64,000 nucleotides of DNA, from the NCBI GenBank assembly GCA_047629195.1, contig JBLHWY010000011.1, positions 3,061 to 67,060 on the forward strand, in the 5' to 3' direction. The stretch comes from Candidatus Azotimanducaceae bacterium (GTDB lineage: Bacteria; Pseudomonadota; Gammaproteobacteria; Pseudomonadales; Azotimanducaceae). The notes beneath the pieces were generated by a model. It did not search any database and was not told the DNA's origin. It saw only the letters and a list, made by a program, of their open reading frames with translations. The position numbers and the translations under genes are program-made. Positions 27,811 to 37,100 of this stretch are shown here, piece after piece. Position 1 is the first letter of the stretch, and the number at the start of each line of letters is the position of its first letter.

Positions 27811-28815
27811 ATGATAACGATGCCAGTGCCACAAAGAACCGCACTAACACTACCTGACCCGCGAGGGGTTTTTGAGACCATAGAACTAGCTAAATGGGCC
27901 GAAGCTGAAGGTTATGATGATCTGTGGTTTGCGGATAGTTCCGGTGTTGATGCGCTCACAACTGCTGCGGCAGTGGCACTGAATACTAGTCGCTGTCGGA
28001 TTGGAACCGCCATTATACCCGTGTTTTCTCGAACGCCAGCCGTTTTGGCCTCCACGGCCCATGTACTACACCAACTCTCGGGCGGAAGATTTATTCTCGG
28101 TTTGGGTTCTTCTAGTCAAACGATGATGGAAAATTGGCACGGGCTACAATTTGAAAAGCCACTGTCACGTGTGAAAGAAACGACTCAGTTGATTAAAAGT
28201 ATGCTGAGGGGCGAGAAGAGTGATTTTGATGGCACCACGGTAAAGAGTAAAGGCTATCGGCAGCTGCCTCTGGAAGACGGTGCTCAGCCTGTCTATATGG
28301 CCGCTCTTAGAAGCAAAATGCTTGAAGCGGCGGCGGAGTTTAGTGACGGAGTCATTCTGAACTTGTTTCCGAAAGACGCATTGCCAAAAATGATGGAGCA
28401 CATCAAAATTGGTGCGGAAAGGGCAGGTAAGAAATTAGAAGACATTGAAATAGTTTGCCGACATCAAGTAATTGTTAGTGATGATAAAGAAAATGCGAGA
28501 AACTTCATTCGTCGTGGCTTTGCTCCCTATTATGCGACTCCTGTATACAATTCGTTTCTTGCGTGGGCTGGATATGAAGACGTTGCGAAAGAAATTTCAG
28601 AAGGTTGGGCGGCCAAGGATAGAGATCGCACGACGGGCGCATTAAGTGACCAATTGGTTGATGACATTGCAATTCTAGGTTCGATGGGCGAATGCCATGA
28701 CCGTATTCGAGAATATGGTGAAATGGGTATTACAACGCATATCATTTCATGCGTATCTCCTAAAGAATCGCAGGCAACTTACGAAGCATTTACGGGTAAG
28801 AACTTTAGCTTCTAA
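27811..28815 (+). CDS. LLM-class F420-dependent oxidoreductase
   Basis: Luciferase-like pattern ELAKWAEAEGYDDLWFADS...IGTAIIPVFSRTPAVLA...GGRFILGLGSS. It is adjacent to fbiC. Confidence 0.8.
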   Translation: MITMPVPQRTALTLPDPRGVFETIELAKWAEAEGYDDLWFADSSGVDALTTAAAVALNTSRCRIGTAIIPVFSRTPAVLASTAHVLHQLSGGRFILGLGSSSQTMMENWHGLQFEKPLSRVKETTQLIKSMLRGEKSDFDGTTVKSKGYRQLPLEDGAQPVYMAALRSKMLEAAAEFSDGVILNLFPKDALPKMMEHIKIGAERAGKKLEDIEIVCRHQVIVSDDKENARNFIRRGFAPYYATPVYNSFLAWAGYEDVAKEISEGWAAKDRDRTTGALSDQLVDDIAILGSMGECHDRIREYGEMGITTHIISCVSPKESQATYEAFTGKNFSF

Positions 28816-28886
28816 CCAGCTATTGAGTGTTTTCTACCTGTGAAGTTTTGCCAAATTAGCTTTAAAAATTCATAAAGGACTAAAAA

Positions 28887-29921
28887 ATGAAATTAGGAAT
28901 ACTCAGCGGCTACTCTGGCCGAAATATGGATCTTGGTATCGAGCGGATTCAAGCGGCTGAAAGCATGGGCTATGAGTCGGTTTGGACAGCAGAAGCCTAT
29001 GGTTCTGATGCTGTAACCCCAGCAGCATGGATTCTTGCTAATACTCAGAAGATGAAAGTTGGTACTGCGATCATGCAAATGCCCGCAAGAACACCGGCAT
29101 GTACCGCAATGACTGCGATGACGTTGAATCAGCTATCAAATGGCAGATTCATTTGTGGTCTTGGGGCTTCTGGACCACAAGTTGTCGAGGGATGGCACGG
29201 AGTTGCGTATGGCCGGCCGATCACACGAACACGAGAATATATTGAAATTCTTCGAATGATAATGGCCCGCGAAGGTAAGGCTGAATACGAAGGTTATCAC
29301 TATAATTTGCCATACAACGGTGAGGATGGAACCGGACTTGGAAAGCCTTTAAAGAGTATCCTTCAAGCTGACACAAGCATTCCGATCTACACTGCATCAA
29401 TTACTGAAACTGGTCTTGCGACTAGCGCAGAACTTGCGGATGGCGTGTTCCCAGTATGGATGAACCCGGACCGATACGACGTATTTGAACCTAGTATCAC
29501 TAAGGGGCTGAAGAAAGCTGACAAAACATTAATGGATTTTGATATAGCACCATTTGTGACCTGCATACTTGGTGATGATGTAGAGGCTTGTCGAGCACCA
29601 ATTAAGGGAAGTATGGCTCTGTACATCGGTGGTATGGGAGCAAGAGATAAGAATTTCTATAATGATTACGCTAAGGCGCTTGGCTTTGAAGATGCTGCTA
29701 TCAAAATCCAAGACCTGTTTCTTGCTGGCAAAAAAGATGAAGCGGCCGCCGCGGTTCCTGACGAATTAGTTGACGCAACTCATCTTGTTGGACCGAAAGA
29801 GAAAATTGTCGAGCGTCTGCAAGCTTGGAAAGCTGCAGGTGAAAAAGGACATGTTGGTAATATGTTGATTGGCGCCGGTCAAACAGAAGCGTTAGAGCTC
29901 ATTGCCAGCGAAATGTTATAA
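28887..29921 (+). CDS. LLM-class F420-dependent oxidoreductase
   Basis: AAESMGYESVWTAEAYGSDAVTPAAWILANTQKMKVGTAIMQMPARTPA...NGRFICGLGASGPQVVEGWHG. Confidence 0.8.
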   Translation: MKLGILSGYSGRNMDLGIERIQAAESMGYESVWTAEAYGSDAVTPAAWILANTQKMKVGTAIMQMPARTPACTAMTAMTLNQLSNGRFICGLGASGPQVVEGWHGVAYGRPITRTREYIEILRMIMAREGKAEYEGYHYNLPYNGEDGTGLGKPLKSILQADTSIPIYTASITETGLATSAELADGVFPVWMNPDRYDVFEPSITKGLKKADKTLMDFDIAPFVTCILGDDVEACRAPIKGSMALYIGGMGARDKNFYNDYAKALGFEDAAIKIQDLFLAGKKDEAAAAVPDELVDATHLVGPKEKIVERLQAWKAAGEKGHVGNMLIGAGQTEALELIASEML

Positions 29922-30036
29922 GTTTGTATTTTCGAGCTTTAACTACACTCGCGCCGGTGAACTTCTTCATTGGCGTGAGTTATGAACTTATCCGCAGGAT
30001 TGGTTTTGCAAAGATAGGGTCGGATTTCAACTTCAT

Positions 30037-31218
30037 ATGAGTTATACATTAAGAGCCTGTAGCGACATCACAGAAATTGGGCGCGATGCATGGGAATCCT
30101 GTGCAAACCCAGTGTCATCAGATTTTCTACCTCTGCAAGTCCCATTTGATCCTTTTGTTTCGTATCCTTTTCTCCATGCTTTGGAGAAAAGTCGCTCTGC
30201 GATCGCTGAAACCGGATGGGCACCCTATCATCTGGTGCTAGAAGACGAGGTGGGTCAAGCTTCAGGCATTGTGCCTATGTACCTAAAAAGCCATTCGCAA
30301 GGAGAGTATGTATTTGATTATTCGTGGGCTGATGCTTTTGAGCGGGCTGGTGGTGAATACTATCCGAAGTTACAGATCGCGGTCCCGTTCACGCCAGCGA
30401 CCGGTAGACGTCTACTGGTACCTGATCACAAGGATGTCGCTTCAATTCAAGATCATTTGTTAGGTGGTGTAACCCAAGTGGCAGAAAAGCTGGGCGTCTC
30501 CTCTGTGCACATCACTTACGCAGAAGAAGCACAGTGGGAAAAGATGGGTTCGTTTGGTTTCCTCCAACGTACTCACCAACAGTTTCACTGGCAGAATCAG
30601 GATTTCTCACACTTTGATGACTTTCTTGCTGCGCTTTCCTCAAAGAAAAGAAAGAATATCCGGCGAGAAAGAAAAGCAGCACTCGCTGGTGGCGTCGAGA
30701 TTGAAAGATTGACGGGTGAGCAGATAACGGAAGAGCACTGGGACGCTTTTTACAGATTTTATGTTGATACGGGTGGCCGAAAATGGGGTACTCCATATCT
30801 TACCCGAGAATTTTTCTCTCTGATCGGCGAGTCGATGGCTGAGAGTATTTTGCTCGTGATGTGTCGACGTGAAGGTCGTTATGTTGCTGGCGCAATCAAT
30901 TTCATTGGCGGCGAATGCCTTTTCGGTCGGAACTGGGGGTGTATCGAAGATCATCCCTTTCTACACTTTGAAGTTTGTTATTATCAAGCCATCGAATATG
31001 CGATCGAGCATGGACTAAAGCGAGTCGAAGCTGGCGCGCAGGGGCAGCACAAATTGGCGCGTGGGTATCTGCCCACACATACCTACAGTGCTCACTGGAT
31101 CGTGAATGCTTCTTTTCGGGAGGCGATTTCGAATTTTCTTGAGCAGGAAAATAAATATATTGACGAAGAAATCGAATATCTGGACGAACACTCCCCGTTC
31201 AGAGCGTCTGACTCATAG
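30037..31218 (+). CDS. DUF482 / FemAB-like GNAT-fold acyltransferase family protein
   Basis: N-terminus ITEIGRDAWESCANP...DPFVSYPFLHALEKS...GWAPYHLVL and ...ALSSKKRKNIRRERK...FEVCYYQAIEYAIEHGLKRVEAGAQGQHKLARGY match my memory of DUF482. Confidence 0.65.
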   Translation: MSYTLRACSDITEIGRDAWESCANPVSSDFLPLQVPFDPFVSYPFLHALEKSRSAIAETGWAPYHLVLEDEVGQASGIVPMYLKSHSQGEYVFDYSWADAFERAGGEYYPKLQIAVPFTPATGRRLLVPDHKDVASIQDHLLGGVTQVAEKLGVSSVHITYAEEAQWEKMGSFGFLQRTHQQFHWQNQDFSHFDDFLAALSSKKRKNIRRERKAALAGGVEIERLTGEQITEEHWDAFYRFYVDTGGRKWGTPYLTREFFSLIGESMAESILLVMCRREGRYVAGAINFIGGECLFGRNWGCIEDHPFLHFEVCYYQAIEYAIEHGLKRVEAGAQGQHKLARGYLPTHTYSAHWIVNASFREAISNFLEQENKYIDEEIEYLDEHSPFRASDS

Positions 31219-31520
31219 AGTTCGATTCAAGCTGGGCTATCTCGAATTTTACGGATAGCACAATTGCTTTGCCCTTGTTCATTATTACGGGTCTATATTG
31301 GCTTGGCATCCACCGTGTTGTGTCGGTACGCCTTAGCAAGATCTACTCTCTTCTATTTCTGACGAAGACTGCTTACAATTTAGAATATGCTGAAGTTAAG
31401 CGGGTAAATCATAAGCGTTTGTGCAGGTAACTTTTAGCGGTCAAAGTCGAATCCAGAGATGTACAATAGCGCGAAGTATACGGCTTGGTTAGTTGAAGCG
31501 AAGTGCGATTAGGGAGAGAT

Positions 31521-32375
31521 ATGTCAGAGCGAGAATACTATTTAACAGATGTGTTTGCTGAAGGTCCTTATGCCGGCAATAGATTAGCCACGGTCACCGA
31601 TGCTGCTGATTTGAGCACGACGGAAATGCAGAATATCGCGTTAGCCTTCAATTTTGCCGAGACGACTTTTATTTGCGGCGGGTCAGCAGAAAGTGGCTTT
31701 GATGTTCGGATTTTTACCCCAGCCGCAGAAATACCGTTTGCCGGGCACCCGACGCTCGGCACAGCATTTCTTCTTCGTCATGTTTTGCATCGAAGTGATG
31801 AAGCTACTGTCGATTTAAATCTTGCCGCAGGAAAAATCCCAGTGACCTTTTCGGATGATGGCATTGTGTGGATGCGTCAGAATCAGCCGATATTTGGTAA
31901 ACAGTTGGACCATGTTTATGTATCTGAACAACTAGGTATTGATGAATCTATGTTGGATGTAAGCGTTCCCTGCCAGTATGTTTCCACTGGCTTGGAATTT
32001 TTATTAATACCTCTGAGTTCACCTCAAGCACTGAATGAAATATCCATCGGCATCAACGATTTAGCGCCGTCCGTATTTTTTTTCTGTAAGGGAGGGTATA
32101 GCGATGAACAGCAAATTTCCGCGCGAATGTTCGCCGAGGAGTTTGGTATAAGCGAGGACCCGGCAACAGGGAGTGCTAATGGATGTTTGGCTGCCTATTT
32201 GGTCGAGCATGAGTATTTTGAATCTGCGGAGTTAGACATTAAGGTTGGGCAGGGTTACGAGATCCAACGACCTTCCCAGCTTTATCTTCGAGCTAAGAAG
32301 GTTGCAGATAACCATTTCGAGCTGAACGTAGGTGGTCGAGTGAACCTAGTGGCAAGCGGTCAATGGTTATTGTGA
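31521..32375 (+). CDS. PhzF-family isomerase
   Basis: YYLTDVFAEGPYAGNRLATV, FNFAETTF, FAGHPTLGTAF and EDPATGSANGCLAAYL. ATG at 31521 is preceded by AGGGAGAG. Confidence 0.8.
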   Translation: MSEREYYLTDVFAEGPYAGNRLATVTDAADLSTTEMQNIALAFNFAETTFICGGSAESGFDVRIFTPAAEIPFAGHPTLGTAFLLRHVLHRSDEATVDLNLAAGKIPVTFSDDGIVWMRQNQPIFGKQLDHVYVSEQLGIDESMLDVSVPCQYVSTGLEFLLIPLSSPQALNEISIGINDLAPSVFFFCKGGYSDEQQISARMFAEEFGISEDPATGSANGCLAAYLVEHEYFESAELDIKVGQGYEIQRPSQLYLRAKKVADNHFELNVGGRVNLVASGQWLL

Positions 32376-32405
32376 AGTTGGTTGATAAACTGATGGGTAT
32401 CTTGT

Positions 32406-33359
32406 GTGACTCTCGCCGGACACGGATACAGTATGTTGCCTAATGTAATTCTTGATGAGGCAGCGTTAAGCTATAGTAAAATGCTCCAGGCGCTCGGCAG
32501 TATTGAGAAATTTGAAACACATGACTGCGTTACTGCAAACCTGACCGATTGCAATATATTACTTGCCAATGCGCCGATGGCGGAGGCGTTTCTCCGAGCT
32601 GGTCATCGCGCCAATTGGATTCAGTCTACCTGGGCGGGGAACGCAGCGCTTATTCCACTCTTGCAGCAGACAGAGACCTGTCTCACCGGTGTGAAAGGTG
32701 TTTTTGGGCCACTCGTCGCAGAATACGTTTTTTCTTATATTCTTCCAGAGATCCGCGACAGGAGTCGATTAGAAAATGCCCAAAAGGAACATCGATGGGA
32801 CCTTTTTGAGCCCGGCTCGTTGCAGGATAAGGTGTTTGTCTTTATTGGCACGGGCTCTATAGGCTCGCACGTTGCTAGAGTTGCAAAGCTGTTCGGTATG
32901 AGCACTATTGGAGTATCGCGAAGTGGCTTAACCAAAGAGGGTTATGATCAAGTTTATCCAGTAACTCGTCTTCGACAAGCAGTGGCAACAGCAGACTATA
33001 TTTTGTTATCAGTGCCTGAAACCCCTGAAACATTTCGGTTGGTCAACAAAGCGGTGTTAGATGAGGTGAGGCAGGGTGCTACGCTCATTAATGTTGGCCG
33101 CGGTAGCACACTTGATATTGGCTCGATGTCCAACGCAATACATGAGGGGAGGTTAGGCGCTGCTATTTTAGACGTATTTGACGAAGAGCCACTAGCGGCG
33201 AGTCACCCGCTTTGGGACAGTCCTCGGGTCACTATTACGCCTCACCTGGCAGCGATAAGTAATCCTGAGGTAATCGTTAAGAAATTTATGAATAATCTGA
33301 AACACTATCGTCAAGGCGAAGAACTTGAAGATAGGATAGATCTCACGAAAGGATATTAA
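32406..33359 (+). CDS. D-isomer-specific 2-hydroxyacid dehydrogenase family protein
   Basis: NAD fold VFVFIGTGSIGSHVARVAKLFGM. Catalytic region LINVGRGSTLD...ILDVFDEEPL...ITPHLAA. An alternative start is at 32433. Confidence 0.8.
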   Translation: MTLAGHGYSMLPNVILDEAALSYSKMLQALGSIEKFETHDCVTANLTDCNILLANAPMAEAFLRAGHRANWIQSTWAGNAALIPLLQQTETCLTGVKGVFGPLVAEYVFSYILPEIRDRSRLENAQKEHRWDLFEPGSLQDKVFVFIGTGSIGSHVARVAKLFGMSTIGVSRSGLTKEGYDQVYPVTRLRQAVATADYILLSVPETPETFRLVNKAVLDEVRQGATLINVGRGSTLDIGSMSNAIHEGRLGAAILDVFDEEPLAASHPLWDSPRVTITPHLAAISNPEVIVKKFMNNLKHYRQGEELEDRIDLTKGY

Positions 33360-33384
33360 TCGCAATTCGCAATTCGCAATTCGC
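33358..33384. repeat. 7-bp microsatellite (AATTCGC)x3 plus a partial copy, starting in the stop codon of the dehydrogenase gene
   Basis: AATCGC AATTCGC AATTCGC AATTCGC, read at 33358-33384. Confidence 0.85.
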
Positions 33385-33439
33385 CGGTCGTCAAGCAGGC
33401 GGAAAATCAATTTTTAATTAGAATTATAGAGATGAAATT

Positions 33440-33889
33440 ATGAATGACCTGGAGGAATTCCATGATCAGCCGCCTCATTCTGCAGCTATTGGCTTTGAGT
33501 TAACGGGCACAGATGGAGCAGCATGCCTATTTAGATTGCCCTATGCGGAGCACTTGATTGGCGACCCAGATACCGGGGTGATACATGGTGGTGCTATCAC
33601 TGCAATACTCGACAATGCCTGTGGCTGGGCGGTACGAAACCATCCGAAATGGGACGTTGAATCTAGTATGGCAACGCTAGATCTCAGAATAGACTACATG
33701 GAACCAGCGGAACCCCATATCGATGTGTTGGTGCGCTCAGAATGTTTTAAGTTAACTCATAATATCGCTTTTGTTCGAGGGGTCGCCTATCAAAAAGATG
33801 TGAATGATCCAATCGCAACTTCGATGGCGACATTCATGTTAGGAACTCCAAATACACCAAGAAAGCCCGAGGCAGGAAACAATTCGTGA
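33440..33889 (+). CDS. PaaI-family (hotdog-fold) thioesterase
   Basis: GVIHGGAITAILDNACG motif. About 149 aa. Confidence 0.75.
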   Translation: MNDLEEFHDQPPHSAAIGFELTGTDGAACLFRLPYAEHLIGDPDTGVIHGGAITAILDNACGWAVRNHPKWDVESSMATLDLRIDYMEPAEPHIDVLVRSECFKLTHNIAFVRGVAYQKDVNDPIATSMATFMLGTPNTPRKPEAGNNS

Positions 33890-34323
33890 AAATTTTGCAG
33901 CAACTAAGAGAAGAGGGGCGAGCAGATGACATGCAAGCCCTCGTTGAACATATTCCATATGCACGTTTTCTTGGTGTAAATGTTGATCAAACTCGTGGTG
34001 AAATGATAACCGTCATGCCATTTAAAGACACACTTGTTGGCAATATCAATCTGCCTGCAATTCATGGTGGGGCGATTGGCGCCCTATTGGAGTTAACCGC
34101 AGTGATTCAGTTACTGCTTGATACTTCATGTGAAAAATTTCCAAAGACGGTCGATTTTTCCATTGACTACTTACGTCCCGGTAAGCCTATTGAAACCTAT
34201 GGGCGTGCAATTGTTACCCGTCAGGGACGAAGAGTTGCTAACGTTCGTACTGAACTGTGGCAGGATGACCCTTCAAAGTTGATTGCAATAGGGCATGGAC
34301 ACTTTTTGTTGGCACCGGTTTAG
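33886..34323 (+). CDS. PaaI-family (hotdog-fold) thioesterase, paralogue
   Basis: PAIHGGAIGALLELTAV motif. The start overlaps the upstream stop (GTGA). Confidence 0.75.
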   Translation: MKILQQLREEGRADDMQALVEHIPYARFLGVNVDQTRGEMITVMPFKDTLVGNINLPAIHGGAIGALLELTAVIQLLLDTSCEKFPKTVDFSIDYLRPGKPIETYGRAIVTRQGRRVANVRTELWQDDPSKLIAIGHGHFLLAPV

Positions 34324-34367
34324 GTGCAGGCGTGCTTGCCTGATATTTTCTTAGAAACATTGGGGTA

Positions 34368-35000
34368 TTGTCCGTGATTGATCTAAATGTGCTGCAGTGG
34401 CTGGATCTTGCTGGTGTCTTTGTCTTCGCAAGTAGTGGTGCGCTTGTTGCGGCCAGAAACAGGCTGGATATTGTTGGTTTTGTCGTCATTGGATTTATCA
34501 CCTCGGTTGGTGGGGGCACGCTGCGTGATCTCTTGGTTGATGTTCCTGTTTTCTGGATTCAGCAATCCATCTACATATGGATAGCGCTAGTTGCAGCGGT
34601 GATCACCTTTGGTTTTTCGGGTTTTATTGACAAAAGAAGGCGTTGGATTGTTTGGTTTGATGCTGTTGGCTTATCAGTGTTTTGTGTACTTGGTGCGGCC
34701 AAGGGATTGGAGATTACAGGAGATCCTGTAATTTCTGTCATGATGGGAGTCGTATCTGCGGTATTTGGTGGTGTATTGCGAGATATAATATGTAACGAAG
34801 TTCCACTCATTTTTCGCGGAGAGATATATGCGACTGCAGCGTTTTTTGGTTCAGCCCTCTTCGTTACAGCTATGACTTTTGACATATCAAAGAATCTTGC
34901 ACTTTGGCTGGGTATAGGTGGAGCATTGGCCCTACGCGCAGGCGCTATTTTATGGGGGTGGTCTCTACCTAAGTCGAGAGGGCTGCATGATCCCGCCTAA
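34368..35000 (+). CDS. UPF0126 (YicG/TRIC-like) membrane protein
   Basis: Two repeats containing GGGTLRDLL and FGGVLRDII. Six or seven TM segments. Confidence 0.75.
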   Translation: MSVIDLNVLQWLDLAGVFVFASSGALVAARNRLDIVGFVVIGFITSVGGGTLRDLLVDVPVFWIQQSIYIWIALVAAVITFGFSGFIDKRRRWIVWFDAVGLSVFCVLGAAKGLEITGDPVISVMMGVVSAVFGGVLRDIICNEVPLIFRGEIYATAAFFGSALFVTAMTFDISKNLALWLGIGGALALRAGAILWGWSLPKSRGLHDPA

Positions 35001-35155
35001 CACGTTTGTGTGCTGTTGCTTCTCTAACCCTTCGCGCATATTCTTCTGTTTTCAAATAATTATCATGTGACCGGTATCGGAAGATCAAATTGCCTAGATA
35101 TAGATATCACCGGCTGCGAATAACCAACAATTAAAATCAAACTCCAGGAGTTGAA

Positions 35156-36325
35156 ATGTCAGATGTATATATAGTTGAAGCTTGTAGAAGCCCGAATGGT
35201 AAACGAGGTAAAGGTCTAGCCGGCATGAAGCCAGCAGACTTGCTTGGTGCTATACAAAAAGCTGCACTGGAGAGGAGTGGCGTCGCTCCTGAAAAGGTAG
35301 ATCAAGTCATTGGTGGCTGTGTGTCACAGGTTGGAGAGCAGACTTTCAATATCGCTCGAATAGCTTGGCTCTCCCAAGGACTCCCGCTTGAAGTGGCAGC
35401 GACAACCGTTGATTCTCAATGCGGTTCTAGTCAGCAAGCGACATCGATGGGGGCATCTATGATTGGCGCCGGGGTGGAAGATATTGTGATGGCTTGTGGT
35501 GTTGAAATGATGAGCCGTGTTCCGCTGGGGTCTGCGATGAAAGACGGATCTCCGATGGGAGAAAAGTACGCCGACTATTACCAGCCTACTAGCCAGTTTA
35601 TGGGTGCGGCAATGATTGCTGAGGAGTATCAAATTACACGTGCGGACACGGATCAATTTGGTCTTGAAAGCCAGCAGAAAGCGATCGCGGCTTGGGCAGA
35701 AGGTAGATTTGATCGAGAAGTTGTTCCAATCGAAGCGCCAGTACTCGGTGAAGATTTTAAACCGACTGGGGAAACTAAAATTGTTTCTAAAGATGAAGGT
35801 TTAAGAGCGACGGATATTGAGTCGCTAAAATCACTGAAAGCGGTTCCAGGTCAGGAAATTCATACGGCTGGTAGTAGTTCTCAAATATCAGATGGTGCAG
35901 CCGCTATTATCATGGCGTCAGCAAAAGCCGTTAAAGAGCTTAATCTGAAGCCGCGCGCAAAAATTATTGCCCACACAATGGTGGGTGTCGATCCAGTGAC
36001 AATGTTAAAAGGCCCAATTCCGGCTACTCGAAAGGTGCTTGAACGAGCCGGACTGCAGTTAGAAGATATTGATATTTTTGAGGTTAACGAAGCTTTTGCC
36101 TCAGTTGTGCTTGGATGGGAGAAAGATCTCGGTGTCGATCGCGCTCGCGTAAACGTTAACGGTGGCGCGATTGCGCTAGGTCATCCGACGGGTAGTACCG
36201 GTGCTCGTTTGATTACGACTGCACTCCATGAACTTGAAAGAATTGGTGGGCGCTATGCATTGATCGCAATGTGTTGTGGTGGTGGTCTGGGTACGGGCAC
36301 CATAATCGAGCGTATCGCTGACTAG
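35156..36325 (+). CDS. Acetyl-CoA C-acyltransferase (thiolase)
   Basis: Active-site Cys context VDSQCGSSQQA. NEAFASV, NGGAIALGHPTGSTGARL and CCGGGLGTGTIIER. Confidence 0.9.
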   Translation: MSDVYIVEACRSPNGKRGKGLAGMKPADLLGAIQKAALERSGVAPEKVDQVIGGCVSQVGEQTFNIARIAWLSQGLPLEVAATTVDSQCGSSQQATSMGASMIGAGVEDIVMACGVEMMSRVPLGSAMKDGSPMGEKYADYYQPTSQFMGAAMIAEEYQITRADTDQFGLESQQKAIAAWAEGRFDREVVPIEAPVLGEDFKPTGETKIVSKDEGLRATDIESLKSLKAVPGQEIHTAGSSSQISDGAAAIIMASAKAVKELNLKPRAKIIAHTMVGVDPVTMLKGPIPATRKVLERAGLQLEDIDIFEVNEAFASVVLGWEKDLGVDRARVNVNGGAIALGHPTGSTGARLITTALHELERIGGRYALIAMCCGGGLGTGTIIERIAD

Positions 36326-36603
36326 TTAGTTCCCGTCCGTAAATACTCCTTCCTGGGTGAGTTTCGGAGACTTTTCAGATCTGTTGGTTTAAAAATCAAT
36401 AGGTTGTCGGGAAGTAACCATGGAGATGTTAAGTTTTCGGATAAGGACTAGCTATCGCCTTACTCTAAGTTCCTATCCTAGATAGGGAGGTGATAACTGG
36501 CCGATCAGCTTTAACTTAATTTGTTAAAGCTGGTCCTAAATTTGCTAAAAAGTGGTAAATTTCTTCTACAATTAAATTCAAGTTCTTTTCCTAAATTAAT
36601 GTG

Positions 36604-36652
36604 AATTGTTAGCCGCCAACGAGACGTGGCGGCTAACAATTCTATTTCTTTG
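36604..36652 (+). terminator. Orphan rho-independent-terminator-like hairpin, about 280 nt downstream of the thiolase stop
   Basis: AATTGTTAGCCGCCA (36604-36618) pairs with TGGCGGCTAACAATT (36627-36641), a 15-bp perfect stem followed by CTATTTCTTTG. Confidence 0.55.
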
Positions 36653-37100
36653 TGCCGCTTGTGATTTTTTCGACGAACGGTCAGTCTTTGGATGACAAGT
36701 TTCGTCGGTATAGTGGTGCTTTTAAGCCCTTTATAATTGCCTGAATGCTGATTTACAGTGGTTACTATTCAATAATATTTCAGCTTTCACAGGCTACCAA
36801 AATTGTAAGAAATGCTGCACACTCCTTATGTTAGTTCTCGGCTTGATTGAGATGCACCATTACGGTGCATTGTTGCGCAATGGTAGCTTTTCTAAGAAAC
36901 AGCTTCTGTTTCTAAAGAAGCTACTATGCTTTTTGTATATGGTTGTCATAGGCAGTGATCTATTTGAAGATCACGGGCGTATTCAGTAAAGGGATAGTTG
37001 ACTATTCCAGGCAGGCGAGTATTTCGCCATTTAGTATGTTGAATATGATTTTTCAATACGTCAGTGTTTTGAAATCAAAGAGGTTAATTGGGAGTTCTAA

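Noticed and set aside
36955-36974. GTGATC-N8-GATCAC as a CRP/cAMP site upstream of the cytochrome cluster. This was tempting given the cNMP-domain protein in the cluster.
   Set aside because: The spacing between the half-sites is 6 nt longer than in the CRP consensus TGTGA-N6-TCACA. TTGATTGAGATGCA at 36845-36858 is a poor FNR box, with only 3 of 5 matches in the second half. I kept it only as a generic palindrome in the leader-region finding.
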